From assembly GCA_028867755.1 (NCBI GenBank), contig JAGWFT010000001.1, positions 452,727 to 516,726 of the forward strand: a DNA stretch of 64,000 nt. The letters run 5' to 3'. How positions within the stretch are numbered: position 1 is the first letter of the stretch; each line of letters begins with the position of its first letter. Origin of the DNA: Nitrososphaerota archaeon. GTDB lineage: Archaea > Thermoproteota > Nitrososphaeria > Nitrososphaerales > Nitrosopumilaceae. Shown here one piece after another: positions 1 to 9,694 of the stretch. The notes beneath the pieces were generated by a model. The model searched no databases. It was not told where the DNA came from and saw only the letters and a program-made list of their open reading frames with translations. The translations under genes were made by a program, and so were the position numbers.

Positions 1-525
1 AAGAACCAAAAATCTGGTATAGTTGTTGGTATTGTCTTCCACACCTTCTTTTATCACCGGAACATTGTAAATTTCGGCAGCTCTTCTACTTGCGATACAT
101 GATATGTTATCTTTTTTTAGTTCAAGAAGAATCTTGACACTCCCGGCTGTGTCGTACGTCGGTATGGACTTGAGATGATGCTCCTGAATAAATTTCCTGC
201 ACTGGCCCAGCGCTTGCGGGTGAGAGTATACTGTATCTATTTTTTCAAGGCCTTGGAAACCAATGAGGCAGTGTCTTATCTTGTGATAAATCTCTCCAAT
301 GGCATTAAGTTTGGTAGTCAATAACAAGTCATAACTCTCCCCCACACTTCCTTCAAGAGAGTTTTCAACAGGTAATACTGCATAGTCAGACCTTCCGGTC
401 TCGGTAGATTCTAAAACTTCATGAAATGTGGGATAGGGTACTGTTTCAATTGCATTTTTGAAAAAGGCCATGGCGGCAGCCTCACTGTAGGCCCCGCGTT
501 CTCCCTGAAATGCAGCTTTGAGCAT
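1..525 (-). CDS. pheA: prephenate dehydratase (5' part; runs off window start)
   Basis: Not in the ORF track. Manual translation from the ATG at 525 gives MLKAAFQGERGAYSE..., the characteristic PDT N-terminus, followed by AVLPVENSLEGSV and LAQCRKF. Confidence 0.92.
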   Translation of the reverse strand, partial: MLKAAFQGERGAYSEAAAMAFFKNAIETVPYPTFHEVLESTETGRSDYAVLPVENSLEGSVGESYDLLLTTKLNAIGEIYHKIRHCLIGFQGLEKIDTVYSHPQALGQCRKFIQEHHLKSIPTYDTAGSVKILLELKKDNISCIASRRAAEIYNVPVIKEGVEDNTNNYTRFLVL

Positions 526-529
526 ATTC

Positions 530-1099
530 TTAGTTGGAATCGAATTTTATAAAATCGCTGTTTCCGAATTTATTTGATAGTTTTCTCTCTTCAATATAGC
601 CGCAATCCACGCATTTTACATTGCTACCAAGCGGTACTATGTGGCCAGCACATTTGTTGCACATGGAGAACAATACCCCAAGTTCTGGCTCACTAATTGT
701 GGCGTGAATTACACCATTTAGCAAATTGATTACCTTGGCCATTGCAATATCGCTAACTCTCACAAGGATCCTCTTCTTTGCACCCCTTGCTTGGCAGATG
801 ACCTCAAGACCAGAGTGGTTTGGTTTTCCGTTTATGTATAATACGTTTATTGCAAACATGTTGTTCATCAATGCCGATATGTTTCCCACTACGACATCGC
901 CTTGTTTTGGGACCCCAGGTGTCTTGATCTCGTTAATTTTAGCCACTCGATTTGTTTTATCAAATTCAGGTACTCCAACTACTGATGATCTTATTGAATG
1001 TCCATCATCAAATGTATTCTGACCAGTCTCAAATTCCTCAATTATTGCAATTTTGTCTCCGGGAAGAGCTTGTTTACTAGACAACGGTATGAATTGCAT
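530..1099 (-). CDS. csl4: exosome complex RNA-binding protein Csl4
   Basis: N-terminal ALPGDKIAIIEEF, S1-like domain (PKQGDVVVG), C-terminal Zn ribbon CNKC...CVDC..ERKLS. Confidence 0.9.
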   Translation of the reverse strand: MQFIPLSSKQALPGDKIAIIEEFETGQNTFDDGHSIRSSVVGVPEFDKTNRVAKINEIKTPGVPKQGDVVVGNISALMNNMFAINVLYINGKPNHSGLEVICQARGAKKRILVRVSDIAMAKVINLLNGVIHATISEPELGVLFSMCNKCAGHIVPLGSNVKCVDCGYIEERKLSNKFGNSDFIKFDSN

Positions 1100-1155
1100 T
1101 TTTGATGATTATAATTGTTTATGCACGCTCTAAATCTTTCACATGCAAATTACAT

Positions 1156-2151
1156 CTATAGCCAATGGGGAACTTGGAGAAATTCATCCACGTTCTCCTT
1201 TTTTAGTATCTTGATCAGTGCATTGGCTTGTGGAGTGGACAGTACAGGCTTGTGGAAATGATTATCAGTTGAGATTCTAGGACAAGCTACCTGTATGAAA
1301 GAGTCTATCCCCTTCAAATTGCGAAGCTTGTCGTCTGTTATATCGGTCAGAGCAAAAAGCTGCACTTTTTTCCCCAACCCTTCTAGCTCTTTTTTGAATC
1401 TAAGAGCTGTAACCTTTGAGAACTGCCCTTCCTTTAGGCCCACTATGATTCCAAATGATTCTGTCTGGGCTGCCTTGTATACAGAAAGTATGGCCTTTTT
1501 TTGGAGTTTGTTGGCAAATTCAGTGATCTCCCTTATCTCATTAAAATATGGATCAAGAACGTATGTCGGTTTGTTTGTTGATAATGCAATCCCAGCTGCA
1601 TGAAAATTACTCTGACCTAGGAATATGTTTGCATCCACGTTCTCCCTTGTCTCCATTACGGGATAAAATTCGCACCCAAAGACTTGACCGTCATTTAGCT
1701 GGCCCTTTCCCTTTCCTATCCTGACTTTGACTCCTCCTTCTTCAAGTATGCTCTTTACCTTGTCTATCTCGTGTAGATGCTGGCTATCTGTGACTAGAGA
1801 TACAATTTTTCCTTTAAACTCCTCGGCACATTTTTTTGCTATCTTCTCAAATGAAATATCGTCAAACGCATCTACAAGAATTATGTTGTCTCCAAAACTA
1901 GTGGAATTTATGGTATGACCTATGTGAAAAAGGATCTCAGCACCCAATACCTTGGCCCCATTTGTATTCATGTCACATGTTCCAAAACAACTATCTGCAA
2001 GAACATAAGCTGGAATGCCGAATTTTTCCATTATCCTAGATGCTGTATCTTGTATTTTTGGCAAAATTCCATCAGGCCCATTCAAAGCTACTGATACAGG
2101 TTTTCTTTTCTGAATTTCATCAAAGATTATCTTTTCATCTATTACTATCAA
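1156..2151 (-). CDS. dph2: diphthamide biosynthesis enzyme Dph2 (2-(3-amino-3-carboxypropyl)histidine synthase)
   Basis: Three Fe-S cysteine motifs: DSCFGTCD, QVFGCEF, QVACPRIS; also HIGH and KEGQ motifs. Confidence 0.93.
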   Translation of the reverse strand: MIVIDEKIIFDEIQKRKPVSVALNGPDGILPKIQDTASRIMEKFGIPAYVLADSCFGTCDMNTNGAKVLGAEILFHIGHTINSTSFGDNIILVDAFDDISFEKIAKKCAEEFKGKIVSLVTDSQHLHEIDKVKSILEEGGVKVRIGKGKGQLNDGQVFGCEFYPVMETRENVDANIFLGQSNFHAAGIALSTNKPTYVLDPYFNEIREITEFANKLQKKAILSVYKAAQTESFGIIVGLKEGQFSKVTALRFKKELEGLGKKVQLFALTDITDDKLRNLKGIDSFIQVACPRISTDNHFHKPVLSTPQANALIKILKKENVDEFLQVPHWL

Positions 2152-2227
2152 TCGTTTTCCAAGATTGCTTTTTTAATTTAAATCAAACGAACGCACAATA
2201 CTTAATATCGTAGATCCTCAAGACCAA

Positions 2228-2461
2228 TTGATGCCAATAGCATTTGTGTTACTTAATGCAGAACTAGGGGCCGAGAATGAACTACTCAACCAAGTAAGGT
2301 CCATTGAGTATGTCAAGTACGTGTATGTTCTTTATGGAGCATATGACCTTGTAGTCAAGATAGAGGCACCTGACAGTGAGACGCTAAAAAAGACTATTTC
2401 AAACCAGATAAGGCAACTCAAAAATGTGCGTTCTACCCTTACGATGACAGTAATAGAATGA
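2228..2461 (+). CDS. Lrp/AsnC ligand-binding (RAM) domain protein, no HTH
   Basis: 77 aa with AFVLLN...YGAYDLVVKIEA...VRSTLT; overlaps the tiaS start by 4 nt. Confidence 0.85.
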   Translation: MMPIAFVLLNAELGAENELLNQVRSIEYVKYVYVLYGAYDLVVKIEAPDSETLKKTISNQIRQLKNVRSTLTMTVIE

Positions 2462-3780
2462 AACAAAATGTGCTTCATGTTGGCTTTGATGATACAGATT
2501 CCAGAAATGGAATGTGCACCACATTTCTTGCCTACAAAATTGTAGAGTATCTAAGAAAGGAAAAAGTCAAGTTTCTGGATTATCCGTATCTGATTAGGTT
2601 TAATCCAAATATTCCATGGAAAACCAGAGGCAATGGAGCAGTTGCACTCAAAATTCAAACAAAAAACCCACATCTGATCAAGAAGAGCATAATCGATTTT
2701 GTAAAGAGATATTCAGCCATACGTGATGGAGCAAATCCAGGGCTTGTTTTCTATGAAAACAATGACGTCCCAAAAGAATTTTCTGATTTTGGAAAGATGG
2801 CACTATGTACTCTTGTAAACAGAAACAAAGCAAAGGAATTTGCAACACAAAATAACATTGAGACATTTTATCTGGGAAATGGTCAGGGATTGGTGGGGGC
2901 AATAGGTGCCATAGGGTATAGCTTTCGTGATTATACCTTTGAGCTTATCTCGTATAGGCATAAATCAAATTTTGGAAAGAAGAGGCTGATTTCCAAAGAC
3001 AGTGTAAAAAAGATGCAGGAAATGACTTTTCCAAAGACATTTAACAATTATGATGATTCAAAAAACCGCACTCTTATAGCCCCCCATGGCCCAGATCCAG
3101 TCTTTTTTGGAGTGCGCGGTGAAGATGTACGGTCTGTTGTTAGAGCTGTGTCTCTTGTGAAATCGCCGGAAAAGTTTTCAGGTTACATGGTTTTTCGCTC
3201 AAATCAAGGAACAGGTGATCATTTGCAAAATGAGTTGGACATTGACAATCTTAGGCCATTTTCTTCCGGATACATGGTTGGCCATGTTGTTGAAACGCCC
3301 AAAATTAAGACAGGTGGCCATGTGTTGTTTGTAATTTCAAAGTCTGGCAAAAGGGCAAACTGTGCAGTCTACAAGCCAACAGGTCTTACAGGTATAGCAT
3401 CGAATCTAATCAAAGGAGATCTAGTAAGAATTGGTGGAGGCATACGAAAGGCCTCAAAAAACTATGACAGAGTGTTAAATGTAGAATTCCTAGATGTTAT
3501 CAAACTTGCTACAAACTCAGTGCTGGTCAACCCCTTCTGTACAAGATGCACAAAACGTATGAAATCAAAAGGAAAAGGCCAAGGCTACAAATGCGAAAGA
3601 TGTGGTAGTGTCTCACAAAATAAGATACCAGAAAAAATTCCACGCAAGATACAGGAACAACTTTACGTACCAATATCGTCAGCTCATAGACACCTAACAA
3701 GACCACTACAAAGAATTTCTAAATTCAACACAAGGGTTGAATTTGACAACTCAAGGAAATGGTTTTTCAATACAGGCTAA
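2458..3780 (+). CDS. tiaS: tRNA(Ile2) agmatinylcytidine synthase
   Basis: GFDDTDS..GMCTT, PWKTRGNGA, PHGPDPV, SNQGTGDH, GGHV and a C-terminal Zn ribbon with HRHLTRP. Confidence 0.95.
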   Translation: MKQNVLHVGFDDTDSRNGMCTTFLAYKIVEYLRKEKVKFLDYPYLIRFNPNIPWKTRGNGAVALKIQTKNPHLIKKSIIDFVKRYSAIRDGANPGLVFYENNDVPKEFSDFGKMALCTLVNRNKAKEFATQNNIETFYLGNGQGLVGAIGAIGYSFRDYTFELISYRHKSNFGKKRLISKDSVKKMQEMTFPKTFNNYDDSKNRTLIAPHGPDPVFFGVRGEDVRSVVRAVSLVKSPEKFSGYMVFRSNQGTGDHLQNELDIDNLRPFSSGYMVGHVVETPKIKTGGHVLFVISKSGKRANCAVYKPTGLTGIASNLIKGDLVRIGGGIRKASKNYDRVLNVEFLDVIKLATNSVLVNPFCTRCTKRMKSKGKGQGYKCERCGSVSQNKIPEKIPRKIQEQLYVPISSAHRHLTRPLQRISKFNTRVEFDNSRKWFFNTG

Positions 3781-3794
3781 ATTTTTTGAAGGGA

Positions 3795-3899
3795 TAGCGG
3801 GGAGTAGATTTGAACTACTGACCTGCGGGTTTCTCATCTGAATTGATTATGAGCCCGCCGGGATGACTTAGCCCCAAAGTCTGGCTTCCCCACCCCGCT
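3795..3899 (-). tRNA. initiator tRNA-Met (CAT) with two introns (D-loop 18/19, 13 nt; anticodon loop 37/38, 17 nt)
   Basis: A1-U72 acceptor pair (AGCGGGG/CCCCGCT), GCGGG/CCCGC anticodon stem, CTCATAA loop, GTTCAAAT T-loop. Removing 3868-3880 and 3831-3847 gives a 75-nt cloverleaf. Confidence 0.92.
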
Positions 3900-3922
3900 A
3901 AGTGAAAAGGAGTCTCAGGGTG

Positions 3923-3937
3923 ATATATACGCTTTAT
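3923..3937 (-). promoter_or_regulatory. putative BRE-TATA promoter of tRNA-iMet
   Basis: ATAAAGCG-TATATAT on the minus strand, about 24-30 nt upstream of the tRNA 5' end. Confidence 0.55.
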
Positions 3938-3993
3938 CTAATTTTAGAAACGTTTTTAGAAATAATTAATAGGATTTCAAAGGTGTCAGACCT

Positions 3994-5088
3994 GTGGACA
4001 AACGAACTAGAATTTTAGCAATATGTGCTGCAGTAGCTGCTTCCATTATTATAATTGCATCTCCTTCCAACTCAATTGTAATTCCACCGCCAACTACAAG
4101 TCCAACTGGAACAGATGCAGTACAAATTGTTGCAACAAACCTGCAAAAGCCATGGGCTATGAGTTTTGGTGATAATAAAATATTTTTTACAGAAAAAGTA
4201 GGAAGAATAAGAGTGATCGATAACGGCACGCTTGCAAATGAGTCAGTGGCAGATCTTCATGTTGCAGATATTACAGATGCTGGTCTTCTTGGAATAGCAG
4301 TGCATCCAGACTTTGAAAAAAATCATTTCATTTACGTGTATTATACATACAAGGACGGTGATAACTTGTGGAACAAGGTATTGCGGGTTACCGAATCCAA
4401 TGATAAAATAACTGATGCAACTACAATTTTAGACAAAATACCTGGAGCGGAATTTGATGATGGAGGGGTAATAAAATTTGGCCCTGACAAAAAACTCTAC
4501 ATTGGTACTGGAGATGCTACTGATCAAAACTCTACACAAGACTTGAAATCTCTTGCTGGAAAGATTCTACGGCTAGATGATGATGGCTCAATTCCGCAGG
4601 ATAATCCTTTCCCAAATTCACCAGTTTATTCTTATGGTCATAGGAATCCCCAGGGACTATCTTGGGATGATAAAGGAAACTTGTATGAGACAGAAGAAGG
4701 GCCAACAAGAAATGATGAGATAAACCTAATCAAACCGGGACAAAATTATGGCTGGCCTAACCAGGAATGTACTGGGGCGCCACAATCTCAAGCAGCGTTA
4801 GTTTGCTACAACCCAAGCATTGGTCCTGCCGGAATCACTTATTATTCAACAGGCAAACTTGACATCAAAAACAGTCTCATTCTGGCTACACTAATTGGAC
4901 ACAGTCTTTACCAATTGCCTGTTCAGAATGGGACCATACTTGAACAAAAAATCATATTGGATGGAGTAGGTAGGATTCGTGGTGTTAGTGAAGGCCCAGA
5001 TGGATATCTATACATTCTTACATCAAACACTGACGGTAGAGGATTTCCTGATAGTGGCGATGACAAACTTTTGAGGATTGTAAAATAA
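3994..5088 (+). CDS. PQQ-dependent sugar dehydrogenase family (glucose/sorbosone dehydrogenase) protein, N-terminal membrane anchor
   Basis: PWAMSF, GLLGIAVHPDF, GGVIKFGPD.KLYIGTGD, YGHRNPQGL, DEINLIKPGQNYGWP. Confidence 0.88.
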   Translation: MDKRTRILAICAAVAASIIIIASPSNSIVIPPPTTSPTGTDAVQIVATNLQKPWAMSFGDNKIFFTEKVGRIRVIDNGTLANESVADLHVADITDAGLLGIAVHPDFEKNHFIYVYYTYKDGDNLWNKVLRVTESNDKITDATTILDKIPGAEFDDGGVIKFGPDKKLYIGTGDATDQNSTQDLKSLAGKILRLDDDGSIPQDNPFPNSPVYSYGHRNPQGLSWDDKGNLYETEEGPTRNDEINLIKPGQNYGWPNQECTGAPQSQAALVCYNPSIGPAGITYYSTGKLDIKNSLILATLIGHSLYQLPVQNGTILEQKIILDGVGRIRGVSEGPDGYLYILTSNTDGRGFPDSGDDKLLRIVK

Positions 5089-5089
5089 A

Positions 5090-6343
5090 TTGCCAGACTC
5101 ATCCATACCAAAATTTCATGAAAAAAACAGAGAAGAGAGAATCAAGATAGTAAAATCTTTTGCTGGTCTATCAAAAGAAGACACAGAGATTCTCAAGAAC
5201 AACGGCGGAATCTCATTTGACGAAGCAAACCATATGGTAGAAAATGTAGTTGGAATATTGTCACTTCCTCTTGGAATTGCAACTAATTTCAAGGTAAATG
5301 GAAAGGACTATCTTGTTCCAATGGCAATTGAAGAGTCATCAGTTATTGCTGCTGCATCCAAGGCTGCAAAGATAGCAAGAAAACATGGTGGCTTTACCAT
5401 GAAATCAGATGAATCATACAGCATAGGACAAGTTCAGGTACTGGATGTGGATATCAAGTCTGCAATACCAAAAGTAATGAAGGCATCAAATAAGTTACTT
5501 GAGATTGCCAATTCAAAGAGCAAAACATTGTCCAAGATGGGCAAAGGTGCAAAGAAGATAACGTGTAAGAAATTAAAAACAAAATCTGGAACTATGTTAA
5601 TAGTTGAATTGCTCATTGATGTAGGTGACGCAATGGGGGCAAATATCACCAATACAATGTGTGAGGGAATAGCTCCATTTATTGAAGAGATTACAGGCGG
5701 AAGAGTTCTACTTAGAATCTTGTCAAATTATTCTACAAGAAGACTAGTGAGGGGAACAGCTGTTTTTGATAAAGAGGAGATAGGAGACAAACAAGTTGTT
5801 GATAATATAATACATGCATACGAATTTGCAGCAAGTGATCCATACAGAGCAGTAACTCATAACAAAGGAGTAATGAACGGGGTCATTGCAGTTGCAAACT
5901 CAACAGGGCAGGATACCAGAGCAATTGAAGCTGCATCACATGCTTATGCCTCCAGAAATGGCAAATACACCTCTTTGACAAGATGGAAGAAAGACAAACA
6001 AGGTAACCTAGTGGGCGAGATCGAAGTACCAATGTCTGTCGGAATTGTTGGCGGAATAGTAAATGTACATCCAATGATCAAGGTATGTACAAAGATTCTC
6101 GGTGTAAAATCAGCAAAGGAGTTGGGCTGTATCATTGGAGCAGTTGGCCTTGCTCAAAACTTTAGTGCGATAAGGGCTCTTGCCTCAGAAGGAATACAAA
6201 AGGGCCACATGAAACTTCATGCAAAAAATATAGCATTAAGCGCTGGTGTGCCAAAAAACAAGATGAATGAGGTGGTATCAAGGATGGTAAAAGAAGACAG
6301 CGTCTCAGTTACCAAAGCCAAAGAAATACTCAAGGAACTTTAG
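5090..6343 (+). CDS. mvaA: hydroxymethylglutaryl-CoA reductase, class II
   Basis: ENVVG, PMAIEESSVIAAAS, GDAMGAN, THNKGVMNG and GIQKGHMKLH motifs; TTG start. Confidence 0.93.
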   Translation: MPDSSIPKFHEKNREERIKIVKSFAGLSKEDTEILKNNGGISFDEANHMVENVVGILSLPLGIATNFKVNGKDYLVPMAIEESSVIAAASKAAKIARKHGGFTMKSDESYSIGQVQVLDVDIKSAIPKVMKASNKLLEIANSKSKTLSKMGKGAKKITCKKLKTKSGTMLIVELLIDVGDAMGANITNTMCEGIAPFIEEITGGRVLLRILSNYSTRRLVRGTAVFDKEEIGDKQVVDNIIHAYEFAASDPYRAVTHNKGVMNGVIAVANSTGQDTRAIEAASHAYASRNGKYTSLTRWKKDKQGNLVGEIEVPMSVGIVGGIVNVHPMIKVCTKILGVKSAKELGCIIGAVGLAQNFSAIRALASEGIQKGHMKLHAKNIALSAGVPKNKMNEVVSRMVKEDSVSVTKAKEILKEL

Positions 6344-6350
6344 CGACTAG

Positions 6351-6358
6351 ATATATAT
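6351..6358 (+). promoter_or_regulatory. putative TATA box of the his operon
   Basis: ATATATAT 24-31 nt upstream of the hisG TTG start. Confidence 0.5.
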
Positions 6359-6381
6359 CCAAAAGGCTTGGTAGGACTACG

Positions 6382-7359
6382 TTGACCAAAGTAAAATTTG
6401 CAATACCCAAAGGCAGCATCGAAGAATCTACCTTTAAGATCTTGGAGAAATCATGGACTAGGGTAGTTCGAAGAGAGAGAACTTATCGAGTAATGTTAGA
6501 TGATCCAGAGATTTCAATTAAAATGCTACGCCCACAAGAGATTCCAAACTTGGTAAATGATGGCTTGTATGACGTTGGAATAACTGGCAGAGACTGGGTC
6601 GCAGAAACAAAATCTGACGTGGACGTTCTTCTTGATTTGGAATATGGAAAAATAAAACTTGTAATTGCAATTCCAGATTCTTACAGTTTTAAATCTCTTG
6701 ATGAGATGATAATGGCTTATGCAAAGAAAAAGAAAATTCTCAGAATCTCTTCAGAATATCTAACAACTGCAGCCAAATTCATCACACAATGTAAAAACTA
6801 CAAAAAACTTTACGGTTCAAAACAACCACTAATTGTTACTCCTTGGCTAAGATTGGGTTCTAACAATAATGTGCAAATATTTCTTTCCTTTGGAGCAACA
6901 GAAGCAAAACCACCTGAGGATGTAGATGCTATAATGGATGTAACAGAGACTGGTACTACACTCACACAGAATCAACTGAAAATAGTAGATACTGTCATGG
7001 AATCAACTGCTGTTCTAATAGCAAATAAGGCATCACTTAAGGACAAGATCAAGCGTGAAAAAATCTATGACATTGTAACCATGTTACGTGGTGCAGTTGA
7101 AGGTAAAAAACACCTACATCTATTCCTAAACGTAAAGGAAGAAAACCTAAAAAAATTACTCAAAGAATTACCATCTCTTAAACGCCCTACCATAAGCCCG
7201 TTAAGCGAGAAGGGTTGGTATGGCATAAACACCATGATTCCAAAATCGGAATTCCACAAACTAATTCCAAAACTAAGGAAGATAGCCCAAGGCCTAGTTG
7301 TACACGAGCCAAAGCAGATTCTCGCACTAGAGGAGATAAAGCGTGATGAGGAAAGTTGA
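6382..7359 (+). CDS. hisG: ATP phosphoribosyltransferase (long form)
   Basis: AIPKG, LRPQEIP, DVGITGRD, GATEAKPP.DVDAIMDVTETGTTL, C-terminal PTISPL regulatory domain. Confidence 0.95.
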   Translation: MTKVKFAIPKGSIEESTFKILEKSWTRVVRRERTYRVMLDDPEISIKMLRPQEIPNLVNDGLYDVGITGRDWVAETKSDVDVLLDLEYGKIKLVIAIPDSYSFKSLDEMIMAYAKKKKILRISSEYLTTAAKFITQCKNYKKLYGSKQPLIVTPWLRLGSNNNVQIFLSFGATEAKPPEDVDAIMDVTETGTTLTQNQLKIVDTVMESTAVLIANKASLKDKIKREKIYDIVTMLRGAVEGKKHLHLFLNVKEENLKKLLKELPSLKRPTISPLSEKGWYGINTMIPKSEFHKLIPKLRKIAQGLVVHEPKQILALEEIKRDEES

Positions 7360-8627
7360 TGCGAGTCATAAACATTCAAGATATAGATTCTACCATAGAA
7401 TCATTGAGACCCAAATCCAATAAGGAACTAAGGAAAAAGGTAACTTCTATCATTTCAGGTGTACAAAGACGAAAGGACAAGGCACTAAGAGAATATGAAC
7501 GAAGATTTAGCAAGGCAAATATAAAATCATTCAAGGTTACTCAAGCAGAGATAAAAAACGCCTACAAGCAGGTTTCAAGGGATCAGATTGAAGCAATAAG
7601 GTTGGCAAAGACAAGGCTTGCCAGATCTGAAAATATAATAAAAAAACAACTGCAGAGTGTTTCAATCTTAATTGATGGAACAAAGATAAACAAAATCTTC
7701 TCTCCTTTAGATAGCATAGCGTGCTACATCCCAGGTGGCAAGGCACGTTATCCAAGTACAGTCGTAATGTCAGTTGTACCAGCAAAAGTAGCAGGAATAA
7801 AAAAAATAGTAGCAGTATCTCCTGCAGATCAAAAAGGCAAGATTGATCCTCTAACACTTGTAGCAGCTGATATTTGTGGTGTAGATGAGTTTTACAAAAT
7901 AGGAGGAGCTCAGGCAATTGCAGCGCTTGCATATGGCACCCAATCAATTCCCAAAGTAGACAAGATAGTAGGCCCCGGAGGAATGTTTGTCACGTTAGCA
8001 AAATCCCTTCTTAGTGATGTTGTTTCAATTGATATGATTGCAGGTCCTACAGAGCTTGCAATTGTTGCCGACTCATCAGCAGATCCTGATCATGTTGCAG
8101 TCGACTTGATCTCACAAGCAGAGCACAGCATTGATACAATGTGCTGTTTGATAACAAACTCTGTTTTGCTAAAGGATAAAGTATTAAGATCGCTCAAACA
8201 AAGAATCAACTTCATATCAAGATCTAATATCGTAAAACAAAGCCTTCTTGATAATGGATTTATCGCTATTTGCAAAACAGAGGCTCAAATGATAGATCTT
8301 GCAAATAAACTTGCTCCAGAACATTTGGAAGTTATGACTAGGAACTCACAAAACATGGCTAAAAAAATGAGTTCTGCAGGACTTGTGCTTGTGGGACCAA
8401 ACACTCCGTCCTCTGCAAGTGACTATCTTCTGGGCTCAAACCACATCTTGCCCACAAATGGGTTTGGCAAGACAAGAGGATCTCTTGGAGTTCTGGATTA
8501 CATGAAACTACAGACTAGAGTGGAATCATCTAAGATATCGCTTGAGAGGATTTCAAAATATATGAAGGCCTTTACTGACGCAGAAGGACTTGCAAACCAT
8601 TACGAGGCAGTAAGGAGTAGGCTATGA
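7356..8627 (+). CDS. hisD: histidinol dehydrogenase
   Basis: YIPGG.A.YPST, GGAQAIAALAYGT, IVGPG, IDMIAGPTE, SQAEH, APEHLE, GSNHILPT. Confidence 0.96.
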   Translation: MMRVINIQDIDSTIESLRPKSNKELRKKVTSIISGVQRRKDKALREYERRFSKANIKSFKVTQAEIKNAYKQVSRDQIEAIRLAKTRLARSENIIKKQLQSVSILIDGTKINKIFSPLDSIACYIPGGKARYPSTVVMSVVPAKVAGIKKIVAVSPADQKGKIDPLTLVAADICGVDEFYKIGGAQAIAALAYGTQSIPKVDKIVGPGGMFVTLAKSLLSDVVSIDMIAGPTELAIVADSSADPDHVAVDLISQAEHSIDTMCCLITNSVLLKDKVLRSLKQRINFISRSNIVKQSLLDNGFIAICKTEAQMIDLANKLAPEHLEVMTRNSQNMAKKMSSAGLVLVGPNTPSSASDYLLGSNHILPTNGFGKTRGSLGVLDYMKLQTRVESSKISLERISKYMKAFTDAEGLANHYEAVRSRL

Positions 8628-9694
8628 GAAAAAATTGGTTTGAGAAAAAGATAGACAATCTATCCAAGCTTAGTGGATACAAAAAGCCCGACAAATACTC
8701 AAACGTAATCAAGCTTGACTCTAATGAAAATTATGCAGTAGATCCATCTTTCTTTCAAGATCTGATAGACCAAACTCGAGATAAGATGGATGTCCGAGAA
8801 TATCCTCTTGGAGGAACAGAAAGGCTTGTTGCAGCACTATCTGATTACATAAAAATGCCAAAGGAGACAATAGGTGTAGGCAACGGCTCTGACCAAATAA
8901 TTGATCTAATTCTTGGAAATCTGGCTTCAAAGGAAAATAGAATTCTGACATCTGAACCAACCTTTGGATTCTTTGAAGAAAGATGCAAGCTATACACTAT
9001 ACCCACTACAAAGATCCCATTCAACGGAGAAATGAAACTGAATCTAGAAGATTTTCTTGCCAGCTCCAAGAAGGCAGATATATTATATCTTGACTCGCCA
9101 AACAATCCAACTGGATTTCAGTTTCCAAGAAACCAACTTGAAAAATTGATCCAGTCATTTAATGGGCTTGTAATCATAGATGAGGCCTATGTAGAGTTTG
9201 CAGACTATTCTATTGTTAGCATGACAAGAAAAATGGACAACCTAATTGTATTGAGGACATTATCAAAATCATTTGGGCTTGCAGGACTACGAATTGGCTA
9301 CTTTGTAGCAAACAAGAAGACTGTGGATGCATTTTCCCGAGTTGTTCAATATCCGTATCCTCTCAACACTATTGCAATAGAAACAGGAATTTTAGCCTTG
9401 AAACGCTCAAAATATTTTGCAGATATAGCAAATTTTGTGAAAAAGGAACGTACTAGAATAATTAAGAAACTCAGAGAAATGAAGGTTTTCAAGGTCTTTG
9501 ACTCTGAAGCAAACTTTGTCTTGTTTGCAGCAGATGGTGCAGGCCAGAGAATTCACAAGGCACTCATAGAACAAGGTATAGTAATAAAGAATTTGGGAAA
9601 GGTAGGAAAGCACAATGGATGTCTCAGGGTTACTGTTGGTACTCAAGAAATGAATTCAAGATTTCTTACAGCAATACGTGATTTGTTAAATTGA
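8624..9694 (+). CDS. hisC: histidinol-phosphate aminotransferase
   Basis: KLDSNEN, GNGSDQII, SPNNPTG, IDEAYVEF, RTLSKSFGLAGLRIGY (PLP lysine). Confidence 0.95.
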   Translation: MRKNWFEKKIDNLSKLSGYKKPDKYSNVIKLDSNENYAVDPSFFQDLIDQTRDKMDVREYPLGGTERLVAALSDYIKMPKETIGVGNGSDQIIDLILGNLASKENRILTSEPTFGFFEERCKLYTIPTTKIPFNGEMKLNLEDFLASSKKADILYLDSPNNPTGFQFPRNQLEKLIQSFNGLVIIDEAYVEFADYSIVSMTRKMDNLIVLRTLSKSFGLAGLRIGYFVANKKTVDAFSRVVQYPYPLNTIAIETGILALKRSKYFADIANFVKKERTRIIKKLREMKVFKVFDSEANFVLFAADGAGQRIHKALIEQGIVIKNLGKVGKHNGCLRVTVGTQEMNSRFLTAIRDLLN

